A DNA stretch of 64,000 nucleotides from the human T2T-CHM13v2.0 reference genome, Homo sapiens: NCBI RefSeq assembly GCF_009914755.1, contig NC_060928.1; one strand, written 5' to 3'. A model generated the notes under the pieces. It was not told the origin of the DNA and did no database searches. It saw only the letters and a program-made list of their open reading frames with translations. The stretch's first letter is position 1; every line of letters starts with the position of its first letter. The position numbers and the translations under genes were made by a program. Below, one piece after another: positions 30,243-42,449 of this stretch.

Positions 30243-31479
30243 CATAAGGGACACAATTTAACAATTTCTGCATTCTGTAGCCTATCAACAATTACAAGCT
30301 AATATCAATTATTAAAGCACTTAAATGTGAATTAGATCACATTAAATTTTGATGCAGTCCATATCAACATCTTTAAGCCATCTAGAATATATTTTTAAAT
30401 GTATGGCTGAGGGCACAACATGGAGATTTGACACCATAATAAGAACATAAGACTGCATTTAAGCAGAGTAAATATTCCCAGGAACAAAGGAATCTAAAGG
30501 AAGGATTCTTTCTATAATAACTTCAATCAATGCCCTAAGAAGGTGAAGGATGAGATTTTAAATGTAGTCTACACTGAAAAGCTGTTTTGAGACTTTCAGC
30601 TGTGATGACAAATGATATTTATAAATCTTAATAACTTCTAACTGCTATATCCCTTTTTTCTAAATAACTTCTAACTGCTATATCCCTTGTCAAAATGGTA
30701 AATTCCTCAGAAAATACACCAGTGACTAAATAACCTTAATTCTCTCCCTTCAAATATTTATAATTTGGGTTTTTAATTTTTCATTATGTACCTTTTATTC
30801 ATTTCACATCTTCTTCATCCTCAATAAGGCTTGGGAAGTATTCATCTCTATTGCCGTCTTTGGCCTTTGTTTTATAAATAAGACACAAATAAGTTTTGTA
30901 AGTGAAGTCTCAGCATTAGAACCAGAATCAAGGTCTTTTGTGACCAGACCCAATATATAATCTAGCACACTATAATCTTCTCCCACCTTAGGGCTGACAA
31001 GTTCATTAATAAAACCCTTCAAGTCAATCCAGACTTGCAAATTGTCATTGCCTAACATCTCAGGGATAAGAAAAAAAATTATGCCCTTCTTTAGAAATTT
31101 GCTTAGCAGAAGATATTGTGGAAAAGAAATTAAATCATTTATTATAAAAAAAAAACTTCCCTCAACTCTCTCAATTTTTATACTTCCATCATTTCTCTCA
31201 GTTTAAGGGTATTATTTACACTGCAGTTATTTTCAACTATCTCCTTTATTAACATCTAAAATACTTTCCCTCATGAATCAAAATGATAGCTCTGCCAACA
31301 ATAAATGTCTCTCATGGCTTTTCAGAGAAAATGTTCCCAAAAGCCCTTCTGTCCAGGGAAGAGATTCAAGCTGTCTTCACCCTCTTAATAGGGACTTATG
31401 AAATGTCCTGCTCAGAAAAAAGGAAATAACTAAAGATGGAAAAGATAATCTCCGCCCCCCACCCCTTCACAGCCTGACT

Positions 31480-32363
31480 TCCCACTTCATTTCCAATGCT
31501 ATTTAACTCAGACCCTTATCATCTCATGCATGGAATAGTCTGCTAACTGATTTTCCTGACTCCAATATTATTTCTCTGCCTCACTTCCTTTGTATGTAAA
31601 GTAGAGAATAATGATGGCACCTTCTTTTATAGATTGCTATGAAAAACAAATGAGTGACTACATAGAAACTGTTTAGACTAGTGTCTGGCACATAGTAAGC
31701 TCTCAGTAAATGTTAACCCCATATGAAATTTTATCTTCTATGCTTCTCTAAGGCTGATCATTCTGCAGTGAAAATCTGGATGCACCCAGAATCCACCACT
31801 TCCCATCTCTTCTGCTGCTACCATTCTGGTCCAAGCCACCATCATCACCTGCCCTGGATTATTACAATAGACTCCAAATTGGTCTGTTAACCCAATGGCC
31901 AGGTGATCCTTTTGAATTTCAAGTTGGATTATGTCACTAGTCTGTGCTCTCTTTCCCTCTCTCTCTCAACTCTTCATGTCATTACAAGTACACATCAAAG
32001 TCCTTACAGTGGTCTCCAAGGCCCTGCACAGTCCATGACCCTTTTTCCCTTACTTTCCTGATGTCACCTCCACCTCCACTTCTCGCGGTTTACTTAACTC
32101 AGCCTCTCAAGCCTCTTCAGGATACCCCACACATGCCAAGTCTCTTCCTACTGTAGATCCTTTGGACCAGCAGTTCCCTCTTCCTGTGACATCTTCTCCC
32201 CTCTCCCATACAATTTTCATCATTTATTCCTTTATCTCTTTCCAATCTTTGGCTGCCCTATTTAGAACTGCAACTCTTCCTCTACCCCAGTAGTGCTGAC
32301 ACCCCTTAACCCCCTCTATATTTTTCCATGGTACATATGGCTTTTTGACGTGCTGTGTAATTT

Positions 32364-32406
<43 letters not shown>

Positions 32407-33560
32407 TTATTATACTTTAAGTTTTAGGGTACATGTGCACATTGTGCAGGTTAGTTACATATGTATACATGGGCCATGCTGGTGTGCCGCACCCACTAAC
32501 TCGTCATCTAGCATTAGGTATATCTCCCAATGCTATCCCTCCCCCCTCCCCCCACCCCACCACAGTCCCCAGAGTGTGATATTCCCCTTCCTGTGTCCAT
32601 GTGATCTCATTGTTCAATTCCCACCTATGAGTGAGAATATGCGGTGTTTGGTTTTTTGTTCTTGTGATAGTTTACTGAGAATGATGATTTCCAATTTCAT
32701 CCATGTCCCTACAAAGGACATGAACTCATCATTTTTTATGGCTGCATAGTATTCCATGGTGTATATATGCCACATTTTCTTAATCCAGTCTATCATTGTT
32801 GGACATTTGGGTTGGTTCCAAGTCTTTGCTATTGTGAATAATGCCACAATAAACATACGTGTGCTGTATAATTTACTTGTTGATAACATATATCCCCCAT
32901 CCCCAGTAAAAAAGTAAGCTCCACAGGGGCAGAGATTGTTATCTGTTTGTTTATTGATGTGTCCTTAATGCTTAGAAGAATCCCTGGCATGTAACATATT
33001 TAATACCCATTTATCCTATAAAACAATGAATAAACAAGTTAATGAACATGTTGCCATTCTGCTGAATACCCTTCAATATCTCCCCACTGCCAAATTAAGT
33101 CCAGACTTCTTAGCCAGGTACATCTAATGATCCAGCCCCTGCGTATCCCTTAGCCCTGATCTCTAGTAGTGACCCACACACAGTGCACTCTCAGGACACA
33201 CTGAACTATTTGAGCTACTTAAAGTTTCCTGGCCATGCAGCCAAACATCTCCTGCTGATCTGAATGCCTGTGCTCTCTTTTCCACCTGGTAAACACCTCT
33301 CAGCTTTCAGAATGTCACCTCACTTGAGAAACTTTTCTTAACCGTCCAATTCCTTGCAGAAGGTATTTCTCCCTCCTCTGTGCCCCTGGTATATCCTGAA
33401 GAGATTTCTAGCTCAGCAATAAAGTCACTGTATTGATTTCATTTGTTTCCATGCCTATCTCCCTTGACCACATTGTGGACAACATGTGAGCAGAGAACTT
33501 ACTCATATACCCAGCATTATGTTCAGTGCAAAATAGGCCATATGGATTATAGATACTCAA
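31480..33560 (+). mobile_element. Fragmented L2 region (interrupted by MIR and L1PA2)
   Basis: ctggtccaagccaccatcatc...ggattattacaatag, gtaagctccacaggggcagaga...gaataaa: L2 motifs. Confidence 0.6.
32364..32860 (-). mobile_element. Young 5'-truncated L1PA2 with (TAAA)n tail
   Basis: Near-consensus 3' UTR. The diagnostic site reads GAG (cactaactcgtcatc on plus), not the Ta ACA. TSD gtgctgt(g/a)taattt at 32350-32363 and 32861-32874. Confidence 0.9.
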
Positions 33561-35431
33561 TCTATATTGTTGAATAGTCATAGGAATGCCTGAAAGATGT
33601 CTATTGGATATGCTGATTCCCATACTACCTAATAACAGCAGAAAGTTTAGAAAGTCAAAGCTCCTCCAGGTCAAATATTCTGCCTATGTGTTTCAAATGA
33701 GCCCGAGACTACTGATGATGCTCTCACGGAAGATAACAAAGGTGAGGCAGAAAGAGACAGGTAGAGAAAGGTCAGGGATCTAGCTAGGAACACACAGAGC
33801 CCAGGGGTACTGTCTTCCTATCCGTTGATGGGAACATGGAAGTCGAAGGAGGGTCATATCTGGACCACCCAGATTTCTGGATATTTCCTGAATTACATTT
33901 ACTTCAGGGAGTCTCTCTTGACTCATGCCAGCAGAGGTGTGGAATCCAGGGAAGGGTGATCACTCATGAGAGGATGACTCCACAGAGCTTCTAATATTGT
34001 ATGCTAGATCAAATATTCAAGTTGGAACAAGGAGAGAAACCAGAAAGAGGAAAGAAAAAGAAGAAGAGGGAACAATAACAAAAAAAGAATTATTGGGTTT
34101 GAGGTTGGGGGTGGAGGGCATGGTTTTTTTACCAGAACTGTCCTTGCAATGCTCTGGTTGTCATTAGCCCAAATTTCAAACCACTTCCTTTCAATGGGAA
34201 CAGTTGCTGAGTACTAGTCCCATAAGGCTTTTTTTTCTATCAGTACCCTTTTAGCATGGTTTTCAAGTGTCTCTATTTTTTTTCTGCTGACCATAAACTA
34301 AGTTCTTGGCTCAGGCACTTTTCCTTGTTTTGTTATCTGTTCCTTGGGCCAGGGTCATATAACATGCTGACTAAGGTTAATTACTTCATTAATTCTCTTA
34401 CTTTCCTGATGCACAGTATTACTTTTATCACCTTCTGTTCAAAAATGAGTTGAATTCATTACTATGATTTTGTGTGTGAAGGTCAGTTAAACTTCAAATT
34501 GTATGCCAAGAGACAAGGAATAATAAAAGCCCATAGTACTACTGCTGAAAAATTTCTCCCAAATATGATCCAGTTGTACCCTCAGTTTATCTTGCCAGAC
34601 GTGTTATAACACACCTGGCACAGCTCTGCTTCCTCTGTCCAGACTCTTCCAGCAAAATACACATCTGGAGCAAACAGTTCAAAAGAGGCCTCTGACCTCT
34701 CATCTCACAGTACCTCCTTCACACCTGGATACATTCAATTAAATTACTCAACAGTCAGAGGAAGGCACCCACTATGTGCCAGTATATTGAAAGGCTCTGG
34801 GCATCTTGTATTAAATAAGACTAGCCTCTGCTCTCAGAAAGACAGTGTAATTAATGAACAGAAAAGTAAATCAAAGGTTTTTATGAGATCTGACAAACAG
34901 AATGATAGTAATAATAACAAGAATGATTAGAGTCGCTACAATTTTTTGAATTTTTACTACATAATAGTCAGGCATTCTGTTTTATGTATTAACTCAAGCC
35001 CTGATTTGAACCCAGACAATCTTACTCATATCCCTGGCATTTAAATTAGACTGAGTGACCCAGGACCCCATTCCTTAACTCTACCCTAGATTGATATATC
35101 TAACTGGCAACCTCTGCTCTTGACTTGCTGGCAATCACTTCTGTGGCACAGAAACTACTCACTGTGTGCCACACACAAAGCCTGCCTAAAACATTAACAG
35201 TTGAAGGGGAGTAGAGAGCCATGTAAAGACGTAAGACTAAAATGGTGCACTTTGCCCATAAAGAAAGGTATAAATAAGGTAGAAAAGAGGCAGAAGGCAG
35301 CAAGTAGACATGTATCTGTGATCAGGATTACGGAGGACATCACAAGGGAGGAGTTTGCCTAACCACAAGCAGGAAGGACTTCTGGAAAGACATTCAAGGC
35401 AGAGATAATTCCTCGCCACTTGAAAAAAAAA

Positions 35432-35490
35432 TCAACTTTTATTTTAGATTCAGGGGTACATGTGCAGGTTTGTTATCTGGGCGTATTGCA
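35432..35490 (-). mobile_element. Very short old L1PA 3' end
   Basis: caacttttattttagattcaggggtacatgtgcaggtttgtta. Confidence 0.7.
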
Positions 35491-36011
35491 TCCTCATTAC
35501 TTTTCTTTAAACAATTCTCTTCTCTTTCAAAACCATCCTCAAAAATTTCCTCAAGAAGTCTCCCCCTTAATTTGTATGACGGTTAATTTTACATGTCAAT
35601 TTGACTGGGACACAGGGTGCCCAAATTTGGTTCAGTATTATTCTGAGTGTGCTTATGAGGGTGTTTCTGGATGAGATTAACATTGGAATCAATAGACTGG
35701 GTAAAGCAGACTGTCCTCCCCAGTGTGGTGAGCCTCCTCCAATCCCTAATTTTTTGGAGGCATGAATAGAATAAAAAGTAGGGTAAGGAAGAAATACCTC
35801 TTTCTCCCTGACTGTTTTTGAACTTAGACATTGCACTGGAACCTATACCATTGATTCTCCTGGTTCTCAGGCCTGCAGACTCAGATTGGAGCTACAACAA
35901 TGGTTTTCCTGGGCTTCCAGCTTGCAGAAGACAGATTGTGGTACTCCTCAGCCTCCATAATTATGTGAACAAATTCTTTGTAATAAAGCTCTCTCTCTCT
36001 CTGTCTCTCTG

Positions 36012-36050
<39 letters not shown>

Positions 36051-36212
36051 CTAGACATACTTCAAATATATTGTGGGTTTTGTTCCAGACTACTACAATA
36101 AAGCTCAATCACCATAAAACAAGTGACACATTTTCTTTAGTTTTCTTGTGAATATGAGAGTTATGTTTATACCATATTGCATACACTATTAAATATTCAG
36201 TAGAATTGTGTC

Positions 36213-36922
36213 TTTCTTTTCATGTTCTTTATTTTATTTTATTTTACTTTAAGTTCCGGGATACATGTGCAGAACATGCAGGTTTGTTACATAGGTATAC
36301 ATGTGTCATGGTGGTTTGCTGCACCTATCAACCCCTCATCTAGGTTTTAAGCCCTGCATGCATTAGGTATTTTTCCTAATGTTCTCCCTCCCCTTGCCCC
36401 TGGCCCCTTGACGGCCCTAGTGTGTGATGTTCCCCTCCCTGGGTCCATGGGTTCTCATTGTTCAACTCCCACTTACGAGTGAGAACATGCAGTGTTTGGT
36501 TTTCTGTTCCTGTGTTAGTTTGCTGAGAATGATGGTTTCCAGCTTCATCCATGTCCCTGAAAAGGACATGAACTCATTCTTTATTATGGCCACATAGTAT
36601 CCCATGGTGTATACGTGCCACATTTTCTTTATCCAGTCTATCACTGTTGGGCATTTGGGTTGGTTCCAAGTCTTTGCTGTTGTCAATAGTGCTGCAATAA
36701 ACATAAGGGTGCATGTGTCTTTATAGTAGAATGATTTATAATCCTTTGGGTATTTATCCAGTAGTGGGATTGCTGGGCCAAATGATATTTCTGGTTCTAG
36801 ATCCTTGAGGAATCACCACACTGTCTTCCACAATGGTGGAACTAATTTACACTCCCACCGACAGTGTAAAAGCATTCCTATTTCTTCACAGCCTTGCCAG
36901 CATCTGTTGTTTTCTGACTCTT
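36213..36922 (-). mobile_element. L1PA 3' end nested in Tigger1
   Basis: L1 3' UTR and ORF2 C-terminus (MFIAALLTTAKTWNQPKCP...). Confidence 0.9.
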
Positions 36923-37704
36923 AAAAATGTACATACCTTCATTTAAAAATACTTAATTGGTTTAAAATGCTAGCAGTCATCTAAGCCTTCAGGGAGTTGT
37001 AAATTTTGTTGCAGGTGGAGGGTCTTGCTTGGATGTTAATGAGTGCTGACTGATCACAGTGGTGGTTGCTAAAGATTGAAGTATCTGTGGCAATTCTTAA
37101 AATAATATGATGAAGTTTATCACATCAATTGACTTTTCCTTTCATAAAAGATTTCTCTATAGAATGTGATAATATTTAATAACATTTTACTCACAATTGG
37201 ACTTCTTTCGAAATTGGAGTCAATCCTCTCAAGCCCTGCTGCAGCTTTATCAACTAAGTTTAGGTAATATTTTAAATCCTTTGCTGTCATTTCAACAATG
37301 TCCACTGCATCTTCACCAAAAGTAGATTTAATCACAAGAAATCACTTTCTCTACTCCTCCATAAGAAGCAGCTCCTCATCCATTCAAATATGATCATGAG
37401 ATTGCAGCAGTTTAGTTATACCTTCAGGGTCCACTTCTTATTCTAGCCTTTTTTCAATTTCCAAATCTGCAGTTACTTCCTCCACAGAAGTCTTGAACCC
37501 CTCGATGTCATCCGTAAAGATTAGAATCAACTTCTCCCAAACTCCTGTTAATGTTGACAGTTTGACCTCCTCCCATGAATCACAAATGTTCTTAATGGTA
37601 CATAGAGTGATGAATCCTTTCCAGAAGGTTTTCAATTTATTTTGCTCAGATCCATCAGATAATTCACTACCTAGGGAGCTTTCATCTTCCAAAATGTATT
37701 TCTT

Positions 37705-38027
37705 TTTCTTTTCTTTTTTTTAACTTTATTTATTCGTTTATTTATTTATTTGAGATGGAGTCTTGCTCTGTCACCCAGGCTGGAATGCAGTGGTGCAATC
37801 TCGGCTCACTGCAACCTCCGCTTCCTGGCTTAAGCGATTCTTCTGCCTCAGTCTCGTGAGTAGCTGGGGTTACAGGCGTGCCACCATGCCAGGCTAATTT
37901 TTGTATTTTCAGTAGAGACAGGGTTTCACAATGTTGGTCAGACTGGTCTCGAACTCCTGACCTTGTGATCTACCTGCCTCAGCCTCCCAAAGTGCTGGAT
38001 TACAGGCATGAGCCACCACGCCAGATC
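37705..38027 (-). mobile_element. AluS nested in Tigger1
   Basis: Full Alu; perfect TSD caaaatgtatttctt at 37690-37704 and 38029-38043. Confidence 0.95.
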
Positions 38028-40548
38028 TCAAAATGTATTTCTTAAATAATAACATTTGAAAGTCAAAATTACTCCTTGATCTATGGACTAAGAATGGATG
38101 TTATGTCAGCAGTCATGAAAACAACATCAAGCTCCTTGTACATCTCCATCAGAGCTCTTGAGTGACCAGGTGCATTTTCAATAAACAGTAATAATGTGAA
38201 ATGAATTTGTTTCTGAGCAATAGGTCTTGACTGCAGGGTTAAAATATTCAGCAAACCATGCTGTAAACAGATGTGCTGTCATCCATGCTTTGTTGTTCCA
38301 CTTACAGAGCACAGGCACAGTAGATTTAGCATCATTCTTAAGAGTCATATGATTTTGAAAATGGTAAATGAAGTCATCAGCTGAATTATTGCTTAACAAG
38401 AGAGTCAGCCTGTCCTTTAAAGCTTTGACGCCAGGCATTGACTTCTCCTCTCTACCTGTGAAAGTCCTAGATGGAATCTTCTTTCAATAGAAGGTTGTTT
38501 TTCTACATTGAAAATCTGTTGTTTGGTGTAGTTACCTTCATCAGTGATTTTAATTGGATCTTCTGGATTACTTGCTACAACTTTTGCATCCGTACTTGCT
38601 GCTTCACCTTGCACTTTTGTGTTATAGAGATGGCTTCTTTCCTTAAACCTCTGAAGCTTCCTCATCTCTCTGCCTTCATAGAATTGAAGAGTTATGGCCT
38701 TGCTCTAGATTAGGCTTTGGATTAAGAAAATGTTGTGGCTGGCTGGATTTTCTATCCAGACCACTTAAGCTTTATTGATATCAGCAATAAGGCTATTTTG
38801 TTTTCTTATCATTTGTGTGTTCATCAAAGTAGCACTTTTGATTTCCTTCAAGAACTTTTCCTTTGCATTCGCAACTTTGCTGTTTGGCACAAGAGGCCTA
38901 GCTTTGGGCCTGTGTCAGCTTTTGAAATGCCTTCCTCAGTAAACTTAATCATTTCTAGCTTTTGATTTAAAGTGAGAAACATGCAACAATTCCTTTCCCT
39001 TGAACACTTCAAGCTCATTGTAAGATTATTAATTTGTCGATGCCTCTATTGTTGTGTCTCAGGGAATAGAGAGGCTTGAGTACAGAGACAGAAAAAGATG
39101 GGGGATGGGCCAGTCAGTGGAGCAGTCAGAACACACACAAATTATCAGGTTAATTGTCTTCTATGAGTGCAGTTCATTGTGCCCCAAAACAATTACCACA
39201 GTAACACCAAAGATCACTGATCACAGGTCATCGTAACAAATATAGTAATAATGAAAACATTTGAAATATTGCAATCATTTCCAAATTGTGAAAGAGACAG
39301 TGAGCACATGCTGTTGGAAAAAAAAGGACACTAATAGACTTACTCAATTAAGGGTTGCCATAAACCTTCAATTTGTAAGAAGGGCAGTATTTGCAAAGTG
39401 CAATAAAGCGGAGCACAATAAAATAAGGTATGCCTATATCCATGTACATAGGCTATATATATATATATAGACTAAGAATGGATGTTATGTCAGCAGTCAT
39501 GAAAACAACATCAAGCTCCTTGTACATCTCCATCAGAGCTCTTGAGTGACCAGGTGTATTTTCAATAAAGAGTGTATATATATATATATCCTCCAACTGG
39601 TTCTATTTCTTTGGAGCACCCTCATTAATACAACATTATTTTGACCACTGTTTTTTCTCTCTGTCCTCAGCATATATATGTTCTTTATTAGTAGATCATT
39701 AATGCAGATGCTAGGATACAGATGTGTCTCCATAGCAACACAGCAAGTCTTCACAGGGATAAATCACGTAACTCAATATTCTTTACCTTTGCTACCCCCA
39801 GTAGCCACTCAGTAGATGTAGGCAACTTGCAGTGTGTATTAGGATTTTTCAGCATCAGGCAGCAACAGGAAAGAGGCTCCTTCTTGTGTGGTCATGTGCC
39901 CTTCTGGTATCATCACTGAGATCTGGGTGTTATAGGTAAATTGCTGTCAAACTCATTTCCTGCCAGCAGGTGGTTACAGAATGACCAGACTCTACAGGTT
40001 TAGGTGGTGAGGACATAAACAGAAGGGTCTTCTCTCTAGAACAGCCTCTTCAGGTCTGGATGACCACTGAGTCACACTCTGGTCCCAAGGGCAGCAGACA
40101 AATTCTGAGCCCATTAGAAATGTTTGGCCTCCATCATGGTCCTAAGATGGCCCAGAGGACTTGGCTCTTTGACACAGAGAATCTATGCCCTTATAGAATA
40201 TAAACTCTGTGAGAAAGGAGGTTGAGCCTCACTCAGTTTTAAATGCTTGTTGTTAGAATGCCCAAGTTCCATGCTCTCTCCACACTAACCTCTAGGCACC
40301 TCTAATTTAATAATCAACTGGGAAGAATTAAAGAAGTCTTTCATTATAGTGAAATCTATGCAGTGAAGGCTGCTGGATAGGAAGTCTTCTGTATTAGTGG
40401 AAAGTCTCCATCTTAGAATGTATTTAAGACTTATATTTGTTTATTTCACAAATTTATTTGACCATTTTTTGTGTACTGAAGATTCAAATCAAATGTAAAT
40501 AGAGCATTTAAAAAGACAAGGTCGCTACTTCATGGAAGAGTGAGGAAG

Positions 40549-40996
40549 TGTCATGGTTAATACTGAATGTCAACTTGATTGGATTGAAGGATACAAAGCA
40601 TTGATTCTGTGTGTGTCTGTGAGGGTGTTGCCAAAGGAGATTAACATTTGAGTCAGTGAACTAGGAGAGGCAGACCTACCCTCAATCTGGGTGAGCACAA
40701 TCTAATCAGCTGCCAGTGCAGTCAGAATAAAAAGCAGGCAGAAGAACGTGAAAAGACTAGACTGGCTTAGCCTCCCAGCCTACATCTTTCTCCCATGCTG
40801 GATGCTTTCTGCCTTTGAACTTCGGACTCCAAGTTCCTCAGCTTTGGGACTCAGACTGGCTTCCTTGCTCCTCAGCTTGCAGACAGCCTACTATGGGACC
40901 TTGTAATCGCGTGAGTCAGTACTCCTTAATAAATTTCCCTTTTCATATGCATCTATCCTATTAGTTCTGTCCCTCTGGAGAACACTGGCCAATACA
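40549..40996 (+). mobile_element. MLT2A1-like HERV-L solo LTR
   Basis: TGtcatggttaatactgaatgtcaacttgattggattgaagg...ccaataCA, 448 bp. Confidence 0.88.
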
Positions 40997-41163
40997 GGGA
41001 TATACACAACGAACTTGAATTAACGCAATCTTAGACCATATTAAGTGCCATGAAGGTACTAAAGCAGCACTGGCGAGTAGAGACTGAAATCAGGTTATGG
41101 GGTGAGCAGGGACTGGACCTATAGGAAAAGTGCTCAGGGGAGGCCTTTCTGAGAAGCTGAAAT

Positions 41164-41743
41164 TGTCACCAGTAAATTGACTTCTTCCTCTACTTTCTAT
41201 CTGTTGCGAAGAAAGAATACCCTATTAGGAACAAAAGACAAGCAAATGTATTCCTGGCCAGTAGTGGAGAAGGAGAGAGCTCCTGCTCTCACCTTCTTCC
41301 CAGGTGTGGGAAGCTAGTGAATATTAAGGAGTTAGATGTGGGGCAAGGAGGTATGTAAACACAGGCAGGGAAGAATTCCAGACATGCAGGCACAGATAAC
41401 AAGCCTTCCTCTTCATACAACGTATGTTTAGAAAGGTGGTGATTTTCTTTATGGGCAGGGATTTTAACATTATGATGATATGTTAATGACTTAAAGGTAA
41501 CAAGGGGTCCCCAGTTCTGGTTTGTGCCTGTTTCACACTGGCATTATCTTCTTCTTGTAATTGCTGAAGTGGCCTGAAGCTCCCGTGGCCTCAGGCCATC
41601 TAAAGTTCTTTTAAGCAAGCACACCTATAGACAAAGAGACTAGAAAAAACTGCTTAAGAAGAAATATGAGCTTTCTCAGCTACTTACTGTTTAAGAAAAT
41701 AATGAACTTTCTCAACTATATCTCCAGGGCTGCCCTGGTAACC
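41164..41743. mobile_element. ERV1-class solo LTR inserted in an L2
   Basis: Inverted termini tgtcaccag...ctggtaacc with a 4-bp TSD aaat (41160-41163, 41744-41747). Family not identified. Confidence 0.6.
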
Positions 41744-41754
41744 AAATCTGGAAT

Positions 41755-42260
41755 TCAAACTTTGAGACAATCCAAGAGAAGGATATTCCAGGCAGAGGAA
41801 ACAGCAAATGCAAAGGCCATGGGGGTGAAAATTGGCTTGGTGTGTTTGAGGAACAAGAATGCCAGCATGGCAGGAGCACAGTGAGTAAGGGGGAGAATGA
41901 CAGGAGGTGAGGTCAGAAAATAGCCAGGGGCCAAGTCACATAAAACCACTTAAGACATAGGAAAGACTCTGGGTTTTCTTCAAAGTTTGATAAGAATCCA
42001 CTGGAGGAGAGAAATTATATGAGGATCTAATTTGTGCTTTTACAAGATAGCTCTGACTATTGAACATGCAAAAGGGGGCAAAGGTGGACTCAGGAGGCAA
42101 GTCAGAGGCGGCCACACAGTCCAGGTGAGACATGAGGGTGGGTCTGGCCGAGAGTTAGTGAGATATTATCATGTAATGGGATTTGGGATGTATTTTTAAA
42201 GTAAAGCCCACAAGCCTTGCTGATGGTTTAAGGATGGGGTGCAGCAGAGAGAAGCTGACT
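41755..42260 (-). mobile_element. L2 fragment
   Basis: attccaggcagaggaaacagcaaatgcaaaggcc...tgtttgaggaaca is a typical antisense L2 segment. Confidence 0.75.
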
Positions 42261-42267
42261 TCTAGAA

Positions 42268-42449
42268 AGAGGTGGATCTACTGTGCTCTGAAGCTACAGA
42301 AGCTCAAACTTCAAGGCCACTCACTTGAAAGGACATTTTTCAAGCATTTCAGAGGGATGCTGGCAATTTTGTACTTGTAATTTCATAACCTTTGTTTTAA
42401 AAAAAGGACCTCTAAGACTTCAAGCTCTACAAAACCTAAATCCTCCTTA
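42268..42449. mobile_element. MER53-like hAT MITE
   Basis: agaggtggatctactgtg...gaagct...cttcaaggcc...acaaaacctaaatcc. Confidence 0.55.

Larger units (their letters stand above)
36052..39436 (-). mobile_element. Near full-length Tigger1 DNA transposon with decayed transposase
   Basis: Both TIR-like ends present (tagacatac... / ...aggtatgccta). Pogo/Tigger DDE peptides in the ORF track (KDRLTLLL..., [29 protein letters not shown]...NICDSWEEVK). About 2.3 kb after removing the nested L1 and Alu. Confidence 0.92.
35575..39632 (+). mobile_element. ERVL LTR (MLT2 family) split by Tigger1: 35575-~36050 and ~39575-39632
   Basis: 5' tatgacggttaattttacatgtcaatttgactggg and 3' tggttctatttctttggagcaccctcattaataca; internal (CT)n(CA)n/(TA)n tract. 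Confidence 0.85.

Noticed and set aside
37120-38665. Transposase-like ORFs as a possible domesticated TIGD gene
   Set aside because: Broken into short frames and interrupted by an Alu; ordinary Tigger1 decay.
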